Positions 1-14,030 of a DNA stretch of 64,000 nucleotides are shown one piece after another. The stretch lies in NCBI RefSeq assembly GCF_009914755.1, contig NC_060942.1. One strand, given 5' to 3'. The position numbers and the translations under genes are program-made. The notes beneath the pieces are model-generated. The model did not search any database, was not told where the DNA came from, and saw nothing but the letters and a program-made list of their open reading frames with translations. Each line of letters opens with the position of its first letter. Position 1 is the first letter of the stretch. Source of the stretch: the human T2T-CHM13v2.0 reference genome, Homo sapiens.

Positions 1-972
1 TGTGCTCCAACAGTGTCGTTATCTACACAGACTAGCAGGGCACCAGCAGGGTGCTCATGTTCTAGTGTTTTCAGACTGCAGCTGCAACTTCCAGATCTAT
101 AGTCACTTGGAGGAGAGAACTCTCTCATCCTCTTCTGCCTCTTCTTCCCGGGATGCTTGGCAAATTTGCTTAGGCACAAACATATCTCACACCTGCCTTT
201 AGGATAAGCTTGTGAACCACGCAGATGGGGGAGGCTTTTATGGATCATTCCGTGGCCTTTGAGAACAGATGCTCTTTTATAAGCCAAAAAAGATTGTCTC
301 ATTCTTTATGTTGTAGCCTGGCAAATGAACTAGCTCTTGGAAATATCTAGTCATCCAAGGCAGTGCCCATATTTGGAGGAACAGAATGCTTTTTAGATTT
401 TAATAAAGACTAAGCTGCATATAAAAGTGGTTTCTTAGACCCCTAGGATGACTGTTACTTCAGATATACTAGAGGCAAGTGTGCATAAAAGGAGATTCCA
501 ATGACAGGAAGGACTTCAGAGACCACCATCTACCACCATACTACTGATATTATGAAGCCATCTTTATGTTTTATTCTATTAAGAATTCAATTGTTATTCA
601 GTTGTTTCATTCCTAACTTGCATGAATAATAATTATAATAACTAATAAACATATTGGGCTTTAGCTGTGTGGAAGGTTGTGACAAGGGTGATCAGGAGCA
701 GCTGACAAGTTATCAGCAGCCGGGCAAGGGAGATAGTCAAGTGTAGTTATTGTCACATAGGTTAGAACTTATCATCTTTTCTCACCTGAAATCTTTAAGA
801 AGGAGGTTAACTACTTTCCTGTTAACAAAAGATCTTGATCTGTCCAGCTCCTTTGGTTCCCTAATATTTGCCTTTTCAGTTTTTGTCCACTCTCCCTTAT
901 GAGACATCAAGAATGTAAGAATGAGAAATAGTAGAATTCAGAGGAGTAACCAATGTGCTTCTAAAAACAGAA

Positions 973-2247
973 ATATATATAATATATTAATATATGATAT
1001 ATAATATATATATTTCTTTTTATATATAATATATAAATATATACATATATAATATAATAAATTATATATAATATATAATAATATAATATATAATATAATA
1101 TAATATATTATAATATATAATATAATAATATAATATATAATATAATATAATATATTATAATAATATATAATATAATACTATAATAATATAGAATATATCA
1201 TATAATAATATATTATAATAATGTGTCATATATCATATAATATATTATAATAATATATAATATATAATATAATATAATAATATATAATATATAATATAAT
1301 ATAATAATATATAATATATAATATAATAATATATAATATGTAATATATAATATAGAATATATAATATTATATATAAGTATATATAATTATAATTATATAT
1401 ATAATTAATTATATATTTAATAATATATTATATAGAATATAATAAATTATATAGAATATAATAATATATAGAATATAATATATAATATAATATAATATAT
1501 TGTATATAATATAATATATGTTGTATATAATATAATATTATAATATATTGTATATAATATAATATAATATATTACATATATAATATAATATATTACATAT
1601 ATAATATATTATATTATTTTATATATATTATATAATATATAATATATATTTTTTATATATTTATATTGTATATTTTATATATTTTATATATTTATGTATT
1701 TTATATATATATAAATATATTTATATATATATTTATATATATAAAATATATATTTTTATATATAATTCATATATATTTTTATATATAATGTATATTTTAT
1801 ATAATATATATTTTTATATATAATGTATATTTTATATAATATATATTTTTATATATAATGTATATTTTATATATTATATATATTTATATATATTATATTA
1901 TATACTATATATTTTATATATAATAAATTATATATTATATATTTTATATATAATAAATTATATATTATATATTTTATATATAATAAATTATATATTATAT
2001 ATTTTATATATAATAAATTATATATTATATATTTTATATATAATAAATTATATATAACATATTATATTTTATATATAACATATATATATTTTATATATTT
2101 TTTATATAATATATATTTTATATATTTTTTATATAATATATATTTTATATATAATATATTATATATTTTATATATAATATATATTTTATATAATATATAT
2201 TTTATATATAATATATATATTTTATATATATATAAATATATATATAT
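973..2247. repeat. ~1.27-kb AT-only low-complexity tract with internal minisatellites
   Basis: Almost no G/C; TATAA-type units on the left, TATTTT-type units on the right; four perfect 30-bp units TAATAAATTATATATTATATATTTTATATA at 1921-2040. Confidence 0.97.
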
Positions 2248-2249
2248 CG

Positions 2250-2311
2250 GTTGGTCTGGCGAAGTATACTGCTTTTACTTGTTGGCCTGGCAAAGTGTAC
2301 TGCCTTTACTT
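2250..2311. repeat. 31-bp tandem duplication, 2 copies, 4 mismatches
   Basis: GTTGGTCTGGCGAAGTATACTGCTTTTACTT / GTTGGCCTGGCAAAGTGTACTGCCTTTACTT. Confidence 0.9.
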
Positions 2312-4569
2312 TGGTGCTTGCAAAAAATAATGCAGTATTTGTAAACGTTTTTCCTACTTTAGAAGATGGTCTCTGCAAGAGACCACATGCATGCCTCAGA
2401 CAGTCAAGACCCATTATCAGGCTAAGATGTAAACCAAGAGCAGAAATTAGGATAAGAAATTAATTTGTTTAAATTTGTCTAGGATACCCACAGTTTCTAT
2501 TTTGTATCCTGGTATTTTTTTTGTAATAACTGTATGCTCACTCAATTTCATTTTATTCGTGTGTGAAATTATTATCTTAGTTTTGAATTTGATTTCTAAG
2601 GATTTTTAAAAAATGAATTTACTTCTCAGGAAGAGTCTAACCTGTTCATATTTTATGGCCTAAATACAGAAATTGGAATTGCAAAAATACTACTACTTAT
2701 GATTAAGAGAAATATGGGTAATGGCATATTTGGTTTTCTTGCACTTTGGCTCAGAGTAGTTTACCAAATGCATTCCTATCCTGCAGATTATTGCCCTTAG
2801 ACTTTCCACAGGTGGAAAATAAAACCAAAGGTTTTGAAGAAGGGAAAGCAGCAAGAATTTGTAGAGCACCAGGGCTCAATATTGGACAGGCATAGCAGTA
2901 ACAATGTATTTTCTTTCAATCAGTGAACTTTCTTTCATGTTGTTTTGAAAACAATGTGTTGAACCTTAGGAAAAGGTTAAGAGAGCTCATTAGTTCTTTT
3001 CTATTAAAATATTTGAAATATCCTACGTGTTGGTTATGATTTTGCTTTCTGGTTTTTGATGCCCGATGCCTTTGTTTAAAATCAGCATTGTTATCAACTG
3101 CCTGGTAAACCGATCTTTTAGAAACACATTTCAGCCTCTGACAAATCACCTACTTTAAATACGGTCTGTGTGTCAGATGGACAGTAAAATTATATTCAGG
3201 TAATATTAATGGATATTCTTTATCTGCTGGTATACAAGACAGAAAATCAATGCAATTTCTATCATCATTAGAATTATTTTCAGAGAACAAATTTTAAGAT
3301 CAAGAAGATATCTCAGTGCTCAGCACCCTTGGAAAGATATACATTGAACATTTGTTAGATGGCCAGTCTGTCCATTTGATTTAGATTATGGACAATACGT
3401 TTTTCTCTAGGGATTGATTGTATGAACGTCGTCCTGGATGACCCTCTCTTATGCCCATTCAGGGAAGATGGATTAAACAAACGATTAGAACTACCACATC
3501 CACTTTTCTCCATGTCTTCTGCAGATTAATTTTCCATTCTCTCTTCTCTGAACTTATAAACAATCACACAGAAAAACTAGACTCTAGGACTGAAATCCCA
3601 ATTGAATTAATCTTTGTTCAGTGCTGAAAATTTTTTATCGTGGAAAAGATTCTCAATCTGCCCATGTGTGCTGCAAATAAGGATTTAATATAAACATTAA
3701 TGTTATTTCATTTTATACGTACACCACAATAAAAACATGCAAATAATTCAGGTGACATGTAAGGATAATAACATAAATAATAAATTGCATAATAGTAATA
3801 ACTTAAGATTTGTACTTATTATTAAAACATTACAAAGCATCCTAGCTAGCATTAGTTACTCATAGGACATTGAGAACACATTTTTGCACATCACTTCAGT
3901 TAGCACAAAGGAATATAACAATGAACAGACTTCCTAAAGGAAGTCATATTACTTCTGCCAATTTTTTCTTCAATTCAGAGAACAGGTAGCAGGGAGATCA
4001 AGAAGACTTTTGTCCAAGGAAGCATATGGTATGTGCCAAAAAGGGATAAAAAGAAGATTCCTTATGAGGCCCATCTTTTAAATAAAATGTGTAAGGCAAC
4101 CCCTTAAACGACTTTATGACATTTTAAAAATTCAAAGAAAGGAGAGGTATATGAAATTTCTGATTAGGACCTGCCTAAGCATTACCTAAATAAAATATAT
4201 TTAAATATATAAAAGCTATTTTGAATAACTCAAAACAGCTACAAACTCCCTCTGTTTTAACTCAGCCAATGCCCATTTAATATTTATTTAATTTTTGTTT
4301 CTGAAGCTACCATTTCCTGGTTCCAAAATCTAAGGTAAAAGTAGAAAATCATTTGCTTTTATTATCAAAACTTTGGCAGAAGCTTTTTTTTTTTTTATGA
4401 AATTAGCTGCATAAAATTCCAAAGTTGTTAAGTGAAAATCAATTAATTACTCTTTAATATCTCATTCCTCCCCATCCTCAATTTGTGTTATTGAGAAAAT
4501 ATGGGTACATAGTAATCCAATACAGAATTCTTCTTTATATCCTGTAGAATTATATTCATATAGTACACT

Positions 4570-4888
4570 TTGTTTTTTGTTGTTGTTGTTGTTGTTGTTG
4601 TTTTTTTACTGAGCCAGAGTCTTGCTTTATCGCCTAGGCTGGAGTGCAGTGTCGCAGTCTCGGCTCACTGCAACCTCTACCTCCTGGGTTCAAGCAATTT
4701 TGCCTCCACCTCCAGAGTAGCTGGGACTACAGGCATGCGCCACCGTGCTCTGCTAATTTTCGTATTTTTAGTAGAGACGAGGTTTTGCCATGTTGCCCAG
4801 GCTGTCTTGATCTCTTGACCTCAAGTGATCCACCCTCCTCGGCCTCCCAAAGTTCTGGGATTACAGGCATGAGCTACCGCACCTGGCC
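4570..4888 (-). mobile_element. Alu (S/J-age) with (GTT)n-converted tail
   Basis: Antisense Alu dimer; TSD TTCATATAGTACA at 4555-4567 and 4889-4901. Confidence 0.95.
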
Positions 4889-7800
4889 TTCATATAGTAC
4901 ATTTGATCACTATTCATATAAAATTGTATTATTCATATAAAAAGGAAAAAATAAACTACTGATTTCTAAAATGCTTTAAGCCATGTTGAACTTTATTTGA
5001 GGGAAGAAAACTGAAATTTATTACGTGATTTCCCCCAAATTTATATTTGAATTTCCATAAATCCATTTAATTATTTAGAATTTTAATTTGTAAAAGTGTT
5101 AAAAATTTAGTATGATATGCAAAAAAGTAATTCAAGATTTTAAAATAAATATAACTATGAAACATATAAAGTTATGTGACTGAAAATAAAACATTTTTAT
5201 TTGCATGCAGTTCTTTTAATAATACTTTTGATAAGAATACTTTAATAATAATTAAAAAGCATTTTTAATTAAACCTAGTAGTAAGTTTATAGTAATAAAT
5301 GAATTAAGTTATTCTTAAATCTTTAATGTCAGAAAATATTAAGAACCATCTGCAGTTGGTTAATATTAACCATAAATAGGCCTGCATAGGATCTGATTAC
5401 AATGAACCAACTCTCCCTGTCATGGCAGGATCCATGTCTAATATATCTTTTTATACTACTCCTTCCCTGAGGATCTAGGACTATGCGTTGCATGTAGTAA
5501 GCATTTAATAAATGTTTGAAAGAATTATTACCAGTTTTATGCTTCATTAATAAAATGACCTCTGGGATAGGGAAGTATTTTATATCTTTGCATTAGCTGA
5601 CTTTCACTCCAGCTGTTTTCTAAATTCTGATTACTCCTCTCTTTCTCGAAATCAGTGCTTATGAAATTAACCAAGGTAACTAAACACATCCAATATTTGT
5701 TCTACAGCAACAAGCTCTTAAAAATGCTGTGATATGCCAAGAAGTAACACCCATAAACCCATATCCTTTCCTTTTTAGCCTTTATTGTCTCTTCATTTGA
5801 CAACTTTGTGATGCTCTCCTTAAAGCAATGGGAGAATCTTTTATCATTATTATTATTATTATTATTATGTATTGGCCACATAAAGGGAGACTTCCTGAAA
5901 TTTAAAAGACATATTTCAGAGAATGGAAACTTAACATCACTCAAAATTAAAATTAAAATTAAAATCTGATGCCTCTGTCTTTAGATCAAGAGATCTTAGG
6001 CTCATCAACATCCCAGAAATGGGTTTTGTGGTTTTTTGGCTGAAGTGGTGCAAGAAATGTGAATCACTATAAATCTAAACTTGCTCGTTGGTGACATCAA
6101 CTTTTTAAAAAGTGCTTTCTGTTGGACTTGTTGAGAATTACATGATTTCCTTTTGTGATATTAATCTAATTATAAGGGACAAAAAGTTAACCCACATCAA
6201 TATACTAGATTCTGTGAGTAGAATGTCCAAGCTTTAAGCTACTCCTTGTTATTTAGAAACATTTCTAGAGTTCCTTTATCTCACCCAGCGCTTTGACCTA
6301 TACGGCATCTGATTTCTTCTACCTATTGAAATTCACGATGTAATCAATAGCCTCACTAAATCTAAGGGGTGCTGTACCCATAGAGCTATATGTGTATGTA
6401 ATATATGAATATGCTTATTGGCTTCTTTTTGCATCCTGCCACAAATTACAGGGAGAGTTGGAAACTTCATTAAAAAGACATTTGCCAGGCTGCTGGAGGA
6501 AAAGGAAAATCCTCCATAGGCTACCTAGCTAATTTCCAGCCGATACAGGATTATTCCCAACAGGAAACATGTATTGCTTTACTGGCCTAAGTGATGATGT
6601 TAGCATCTCTTTTGGCTGACTGCTTTGCAATCTAGCTGCTTTCAGTTGCTAGAAAAGTCATCTTAATATTTATGTAGAGCTTCCACCTCACATCAGCCAA
6701 CGTTGATCTCACGATGTCTCGTGGGCAAAGCTTATCCGCTGCTCATTGAAACCCCAAATGCATCACAGTTATATAAACAAGGTATTTGTAAAAGGGTTAG
6801 ACTTGTCCACATTTTTGTCAGCCCACTAAAATTTTCACAATTTCAGCTCATTTTGATTGTTCCTCTCACCACCACCTTCCCCCTGTACACACACATAGGA
6901 GCCTGCATCCTATCTCCTACTTCCTTACATACTCACAGTCATTGTCCCAGCAGATATTAAACATGCCGTTTTATGCTGAAGATATAATATAAGGTGACTG
7001 AATTAATTTATCTTATTGCTTGCTAGAAATTTGACATCCTAACTTCAGCTGTGACTTGATATCAAAAGAATTTTTTAAATTGTGAATATAGAGTCAGTTA
7101 ACAGGATTCTAAGTTGTTTCTTGAAAGCTGTTTTGCAAATAAAATGATAAAATCTTGGGAAAGCTTTAGTAAGGGTAGTGTTTGTCATGCAAAATAAAGT
7201 CACAAAACCAGGACTTGAAAGTTATAGAGATGAAGAAAACTGAAATCTCTAAATGTGAGAAAACAACCTATGTTACTGTATCTGAGTGTCCTGGTTGGCT
7301 TTCTCTATGTCATCCACTGATTGGAACTGCTTTCAGAAATAACTGTTTTAAGCAAATAAAATAGAAAATTACCTATACTCTGGTCTTTGTTTGCATACAG
7401 ATTCACCTCTCAAATGTTTTACATAAGTAGTCTACCTAGATATTCTAGAACTCAAAATCTAATCAAATGATTTCAGTTCTATGAATGCACCAGTAGAGAA
7501 AAAGATTATCTGTGGTGAAACACCATTAATTAAATTTTGGATGATAGTATAATTATTTCTGGTGAATTCCTGGCTTATTTCTCTTAAATACGGCTTTCAC
7601 ATCTGTTACACACCTAATGGAAGGCAGAATTTCCAATAATGCTATACTGAAGGAGCTTTCTTCCCTTTATGGTGTATTTGTAGGAAATATTCAGACCATA
7701 TGGTTTGTGACATAACCTCCACTCTTACTTCCAATGTGGAATTTCATTTCCAGGTACTGTATTTGACACCTAACAAAGAGAATACCCAAAGCCCAGTTAT

Positions 7801-8248
7801 AAGATGAAATGTGCTGGCCCCTTGTAGGATAACAATAATTTTCCATAAAGTCTTGTCAGTTGGGTGACAGTATCTGCAGGACCTAGGAGCCAGGACCTGA
7901 GTTATTTCTGTTCTAAAAGGTTCAGGAGAATAGCATTTAGACCGGCACTGCTGCTGCACCTTTAATAAAAGACTTTAATAAGAATATTGGGAGAAATAAA
8001 AAGAATGGAGGATGGCATATCAGTGAAACACTGAATTTAGTTTAAGAGAGTTTACTTTTGCGACTTGTTTTTCTCACACATGGAAAATAACATTTTCTTA
8101 TAGGTGTAAGGGTATGAGAGTTGTCAGGCTTTCTTGGGGGTGATCAAAGTAATCTGTTCTGTTATTGTGTGTGTTAAAATATTTATTCTTTTTGTCTTCA
8201 TTTTGTTTCATTTGTACTGACATTGTGACATGCTCTCCCAATGAACAG

Positions 8249-8314
8249 GTCGTCATGGAGATGGAGGTTATTGGCCAGTTGATACTAATTTGATTGATAG
8301 AAGCACCCTAAATG
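8249..8314 (+). CDS. DCC: DCC internal exon (exon 22, 66 nt, phase 1-1), extracellular juxtamembrane linker
   Basis: aacag|GT CGT CAT GGA...CTA AAT G|gtaagt; translates (G)RHGDGGYWPVDTNLIDRSTLN(E), recognised as DCC; TACTGAC branch-point match at 8215-8221; joins the 23607 exon in frame. Confidence 0.97.
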
Positions 8315-9848
8315 GTAAGTATATAAATTAGGTAATATTGAATTAGTTATATTAATTAAATGGTTAATTCAAGAGTGTCTGGGGCAAATTTTCTATCAAC
8401 TACAAGTGCCAGGAACCTTGGATTTAGTGTCTTAGTGGGATAATAGAAACATGAAGTTATTAAAAAACAAAAACAAAAACAAAAAAAACAAAAAACTTCT
8501 AGCACATTCTGCCAGGAGATGATGCCAATAAGAGTTGACAGGTATGTAAAAAAGGAGTCAGTTAGAGAAGCCCAGCATGGAGCACTTTGTAAATGACACA
8601 AAGCTGTTAAATACCAAGATTTTTAAATGTTACAATACATTTAAGATGTTTGCAGGAATCTAATTTTATTTGAGAGAGGTGATATCTAAGGTTGGTTAAA
8701 TTGAAACCCACCCAGTTTCATATATTAAAGTTACTTGGATTTTTGCCTGCAGGGTACATTTAATTCTTCAAAATCCTCTACCATCTTAGGGCTAAATTTT
8801 CTTTGTGTTGTCTACATTAGACATTTATTTCTGCTCATCCTAGTGGAGCATGCCCAAATATCTGCTGGCTTTAAGGATGACCAGATGGAGGTACTATCTA
8901 GAGCTACATAGAAGGACAAGGTTGGTGTGGGGGCTGCATTCCAGGATCTTATCCTTAGTTTTGCTGAAACAAACTTTAAAAGGATGGACTAATACTGGCC
9001 AAATTTTCAGGGGACTAATGTATGTATGAGGCCATGTTATAAGTTTCTTTTTCATTATTGCTGTTGTTTGGTTTGACTTACTAAAAAGACCTTCAGATAT
9101 TCAAAATGTGAAGATGAACACTTGTATACCCATCAGCAAGGTTAAGATATGAAATATACAGCATGGAATTGAAATATCTTGTATGTCTGTGTTTTCTCAC
9201 ATGCTTCTTAACACTGTTCCTCACTCTGATATAAGTGCTCTAATTTGATGTTTACTACGTATGTATACGTATCCCTAAACATTATATTGTTTTACAGTTT
9301 TACAAATTTATAGAAATGATATTGTATCCTGCTACAACTTGCTTTCTTTTTTAACGTAGTTTTGAAGATGTATCCATGTGTTTACAAATAGCTCTCACTC
9401 ATTTATCTTGGCTGCTGTACAGTATTCTATTTTATGAAACAACAAAATTAACCATTTTTGCAGGTTTTCTTAAGAAACTTGATTACTGAACTGATAAATT
9501 TCCATTTGTTTGATCTCCTTTTAAAAAATCCAGAAAGGAAGTCAAAATTCCAATCTAAAAATAGTTTGCTGCATGTGAAATAGAATAGTGGTGTAAATTA
9601 AGTGATTATTTCTTATCATAGGCTGTGATAATCTAATGCAGCAATTTTCCCAAGAGGATATATATATATACAGAGTACACCAAATGCTTGCATCAAAGAC
9701 TTAGGGTTATCTCTCCTCTGGCCAATGGTAGACTTAGAAATATATTTTCACCTCTTGACTTATTTTTGAATTGCCTGGCAATACCTTCCTCTGTTATTAA
9801 TGCCTTTTTCCTAACCAGCAACACGTAGAACGTCTTATGTTTAAACTT

Positions 9849-10218
9849 TGAGTCCATTTCTGCTGCTATTAAAAAATACCCCAGATTTGGGGTAACTTAT
9901 AAACAACAGAAATTTATTGCTCACAGTTTTGGATGCTAGGAAGTCCAAGATCAAGGTGCCAGCAGACTGGGAGTCTGCTGAGGGCTCATTCTCTGCTTCA
10001 CAGTTGATGCCTTCCAGCTGTGTTCTCCCATGGTGTTTGGAAAGGGTGAGCAAGCTCCCTCAGGCTTTTTCTAAAATAAGGGCACTAATCCCGTTTATGA
10101 GGCCACCACTCTCATGACCTAATTATCTCCCAAAGCCTCCACCTCTTAATGCCTCCCTAACAGGGATTAGGTTTCAACATAAGAATTTTGGAAGGACACA
10201 AGCATTCAGACCATAGCA
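9849..10218 (-). mobile_element. MaLR solo LTR (MLT1A/MSTD-like)
   Basis: aaacaacagaaatttattgctcacagtt...aagtccaagatcaaggtgccagcaga...cattcagaccatagca is the typical antisense MLT1A-type LTR. Confidence 0.85.
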
Positions 10219-10403
10219 AGCTTCCCAGGATGCTCTTTCCAGGCTACTCACAACTTCCTATTGTCTCTTAGACTCCTCATTTTCCTTCATTTAAATAACA
10301 TGACTGTCCCTGGTAGGTATTTGACTTTCAGACACTTGTTTTAACTAACACCTTGCTCTGGCAGTCCCTAACATACCCAACAGGTAGTTTAGGAAGCACA
10401 CAG

Positions 10404-10687
10404 GGCTGGGTGTGGTGGCTCACGCCTGTAATCCCAGCACTTTGGGAGGCCGAGGCGGGCAGATCACGAGGTCAGGAAATCGAGACCATCCTGGCTAACA
10501 CGGTGAAACCCTGTCTCTACTAAAAACACAAAAAATTAGCCAGGAGTGGTGGCACGCACCTGTAGTCCCAGGTACTCAGGAGGCTGAGGCAACAGGAGAA
10601 TCACTTGAACCCAGGAGGCAGAGGTTGCAGTGAGCCGAGATCACACCACTACACTACAGCCTGGGCAACAGAGCAAGGCTCCATCTC

Positions 10688-10715
<28 letters not shown>
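10404..10715 (+). mobile_element. Alu (Sc/Y-like) with long A tail
   Basis: Full dimer; imperfect TSD AAGCACACAG / AAGCTCACAG. Confidence 0.95.
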
Positions 10716-10718
<3 letters not shown>

Positions 10719-11509
10719 CACAGAAGGTGAGAGGAGGGACTTGTTGAGACAGAAAACAGACCCCAGGCCATGCTCCATAAAATGGGCATAAGTAACAATA
10801 ATTCCCTCCTCCCAACTTTGCAATTTCATTAGCTCACTCTCGTGCTCCAAATTTTATCTTAAATTTCAACAATAAGCCAAAAACATTATATGTATTCAAG
10901 CAGTCAGTCAAGAAATGCGACTAAGCCCTCAGCGAGTGCAGGGCACTTGCAATGAGCTATGGGCGCAAACTGAAGGACAGACCACTGCAGGACCAATACA
11001 CCAAGAGGGTTAATTGCCTGGGTGGACAAAGCAGAAATATACACCCCAGGAAGATGAAAGAGGATGAGAAAATCCCTAGAGATATATAGCAGGGTAAAAA
11101 AAGGAAGTTGCTGAAATTGGGAGAAACATAATTGTTGTATTTTATACCCTGAGATACAGAGCTTCTGACTTTGGAGTTCATGCAGGAAATTAGCATTGTC
11201 CCCTTTAGAATCATCCAACAGAGCCAATTTTAAGAAGCTATTTCTACAAGGATTTTCACATTGAAATTCATTCCCAGTCAAGGGAATACTATCTATACTG
11301 GTACGGGACAGTACTTTTTGAAGAGACATACTGCCAGAAAATTAAAGAGGGATTTGGTATGGATGAATGAGAGAGAGAAATTAACCTATAGGTTTCAACC
11401 ACTACTGAGCAGTGGTTATGAGGCTTAAAGCTTGGGCAAATGTAAGCCACAGACACAAAACTATGTACTCTCTTAAACTGCATGTCCAAAAGGACTCCAG
11501 TATTGGGAA

Positions 11510-11716
11510 GAATTGCCAGATATTGCAATTAAAAATATAAAGAGGCCAAGTAACATTTAAATTATTTCTGTGAGTAATAGATAAAGAAAAATTATAAAAG
11601 GGATTGCCATCTCAATTTATATATGCACCCCTAGGTATACATGAATAGGCAACTAGAAATAATTCTAACCTAATTGGGCCTCCTGTATTTTTAATTGTGA
11701 AATCTGGAAATCCCAA
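11510..11716. mobile_element. MER53-like palindromic hAT MITE
   Basis: Left arm ttgccagatattgcaattaaaaatataaagaggccaagt is an imperfect inverted repeat of right arm attgggcctcctgtatttttaattgtgaaatctggaaa; resembles MER53 termini. Confidence 0.6.
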
Positions 11717-12858
11717 TTTCAGATTGAATTCAAAAGTTTGTTGTTGACTATTTGAAGTTGCTATTCAAATTAAAATAAATTTTTGGTTGAAAAGAAATCC
11801 CAGCCCACATTTGACATGAGCATATAAGTCAACAATCACTTTCCTTTTCAAAGGTGTCAGATGTTAGAAGAAGAGAAAGAGAAATCCACATCATTGGGTT
11901 CATTTTTGTTTTACCATTTAAGATTCCTAGTGAGAAAACTGACCAAAATTAAATTTGACCTGGTACACATTATCTCACAGGAGAAAGTCGTGAAGATTAA
12001 ATAGACCGATGCCATTCAGTAGCTTTGAAGCAGTTTAGATGCGTTATTGACATTACTTCTTCCCAATTTTCTGCATCACTTAATGATGTTTTAGGGATTT
12101 CATGCTAAATGAATGAGATGAATAACGTATCTGAAATATTTCTAGATTCCCTACTGGAATAACAAATTATTTCAGGCTGTCTGGCTGATTAAGGTGAACT
12201 GATAACTTCAGAGAGCCAGGGATGGTAGAGGCCAAACTTTATCTGCTTCCTATTCTATTTTGCTAGCAAATAAATGATGATAAGTATATAATATAACTTT
12301 AGCCTTGGCTATTACAAGCAAATCAGCAAAGGCATCTGAAAACCTCAGATTTCTAATTAAATTTTTGCTAATGTCTTAAGCTTTAAAAGGGGGGTATGTT
12401 TTCCAAGTAGATGTGCAAGTGAGGCCCCTGAGTAATAAAACTCCAATTGTACTTCACCCTTATAAAGTGGGCTACATCAAAACATTTAATGTCTGAGTTT
12501 TTAAACCTTGTATACAATAAAATTTCATACGTCTCCCCTTAGAGTGACAGAATTATAGAGGTTTCCTAGCTCCCTCTACACTTGCTGGATTCATTCTTCA
12601 AAGCATTGTAATAGAATAATGGCTTACTGTCAGGATACTCAAGCCAGTTGCAAATAAATTTAGACCTTGCTAATCATTTACTTTCTCTTACAGCGTGCCA
12701 CTCTTAAAAATGTACTCTTGGAATTCAAATAAAGAAAAACCAAACTATAGTTCATGTTTACTCCTGTAGTTGGAAGCCCTTAATTAAATGGTAGAACTGA
12801 AAGAGGCTTCCTAAATTATTTTCTGATGGCAGGTAGAATCAAAGCTAATATGTGGTGA

Positions 12859-13169
<311 letters not shown>

Positions 13170-14030
13170 GTATTTTTCTTTTATGATGCATTCAATTTTA
13201 GATTATGGTCCACATTCTTAATGCAGAAAAATTCTTCAATATCTGGAAATGTGTTTTGTAGTTTATATTTGTATAAATGACGGAACTATGAAAATTGCTT
13301 CAACATAATCCTCCCTTTCTGATTAGAGAAGATAAAATGGCAATTTCCTTTTTTCTATAGCTCTACCTATAATTTGTAAAATCAGTGTAACAAGTTTGAT
13401 TAAAAGATCTATAAACCTCATAATAGTATTTTATTGACCTCAACCTTTAAAGATAAAGTTAAACTTGATGAGTTTTAAAACTTTGGTACATCAATGTTAA
13501 TAAATAGATCAACATTATTAATTTTTAAATACTCAGAATCATATTAAGTGCTCTATAAAATTTGTCAGAAAAGAAGCAGTTTGCTCTCTATTTTTGCAAA
13601 CCTGTTTTTTTTTTTTTAGAATTCAATAACATTTTAACCAATGTAAATAAAGTATACATAAAACTCTTTCCACACTTCTATAAAATGATCATTCCAAGGT
13701 TGGTAACTATTAGAAGACACCCAATGCTACACTCAGCAGAAATCTTAATGCAAAAGAAAAGATACAGAAACAAAATTTTACAGCTTTTTTTCCAGATGAA
13801 AAGAAAAGATAACTAGAGTAATCTGAGGTCCTAGGTTCTAGTTCAGTGATTACAAGAGACTGCTCACCTATCATCCACCCATTATCTTTATCCCAAAGGA
13901 TTTTTAAAAGTCCTAGTCTAAACCCAGATTCTAGACCTGACTTTGTAGAGCTTAGAGCTGTGTGACAAATCAAGTCACTTAAACTCCGGATCTCAATTTT
14001 CATCTGGACCTAGAAACTGTTAAGCTAGAG

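Noticed and set aside
1921-2060. Regular 30-bp repeats as a CRISPR-like array
   Set aside because: Head-to-tail AT-only units with no spacers, in a human intron: a minisatellite
1-8248. Search for the preceding short DCC exon, nested RNA genes or processed pseudogenes
   Set aside because: No matching coding sequence or recognisable tRNA/snRNA/snoRNA seen by eye; a covariance-model (Rfam/Infernal) scan would be needed to exclude small RNAs
10904-11329. 141-aa minus-strand ORF
   Set aside because: No recognisable homology or exon signals; compatible with chance in 64 kb
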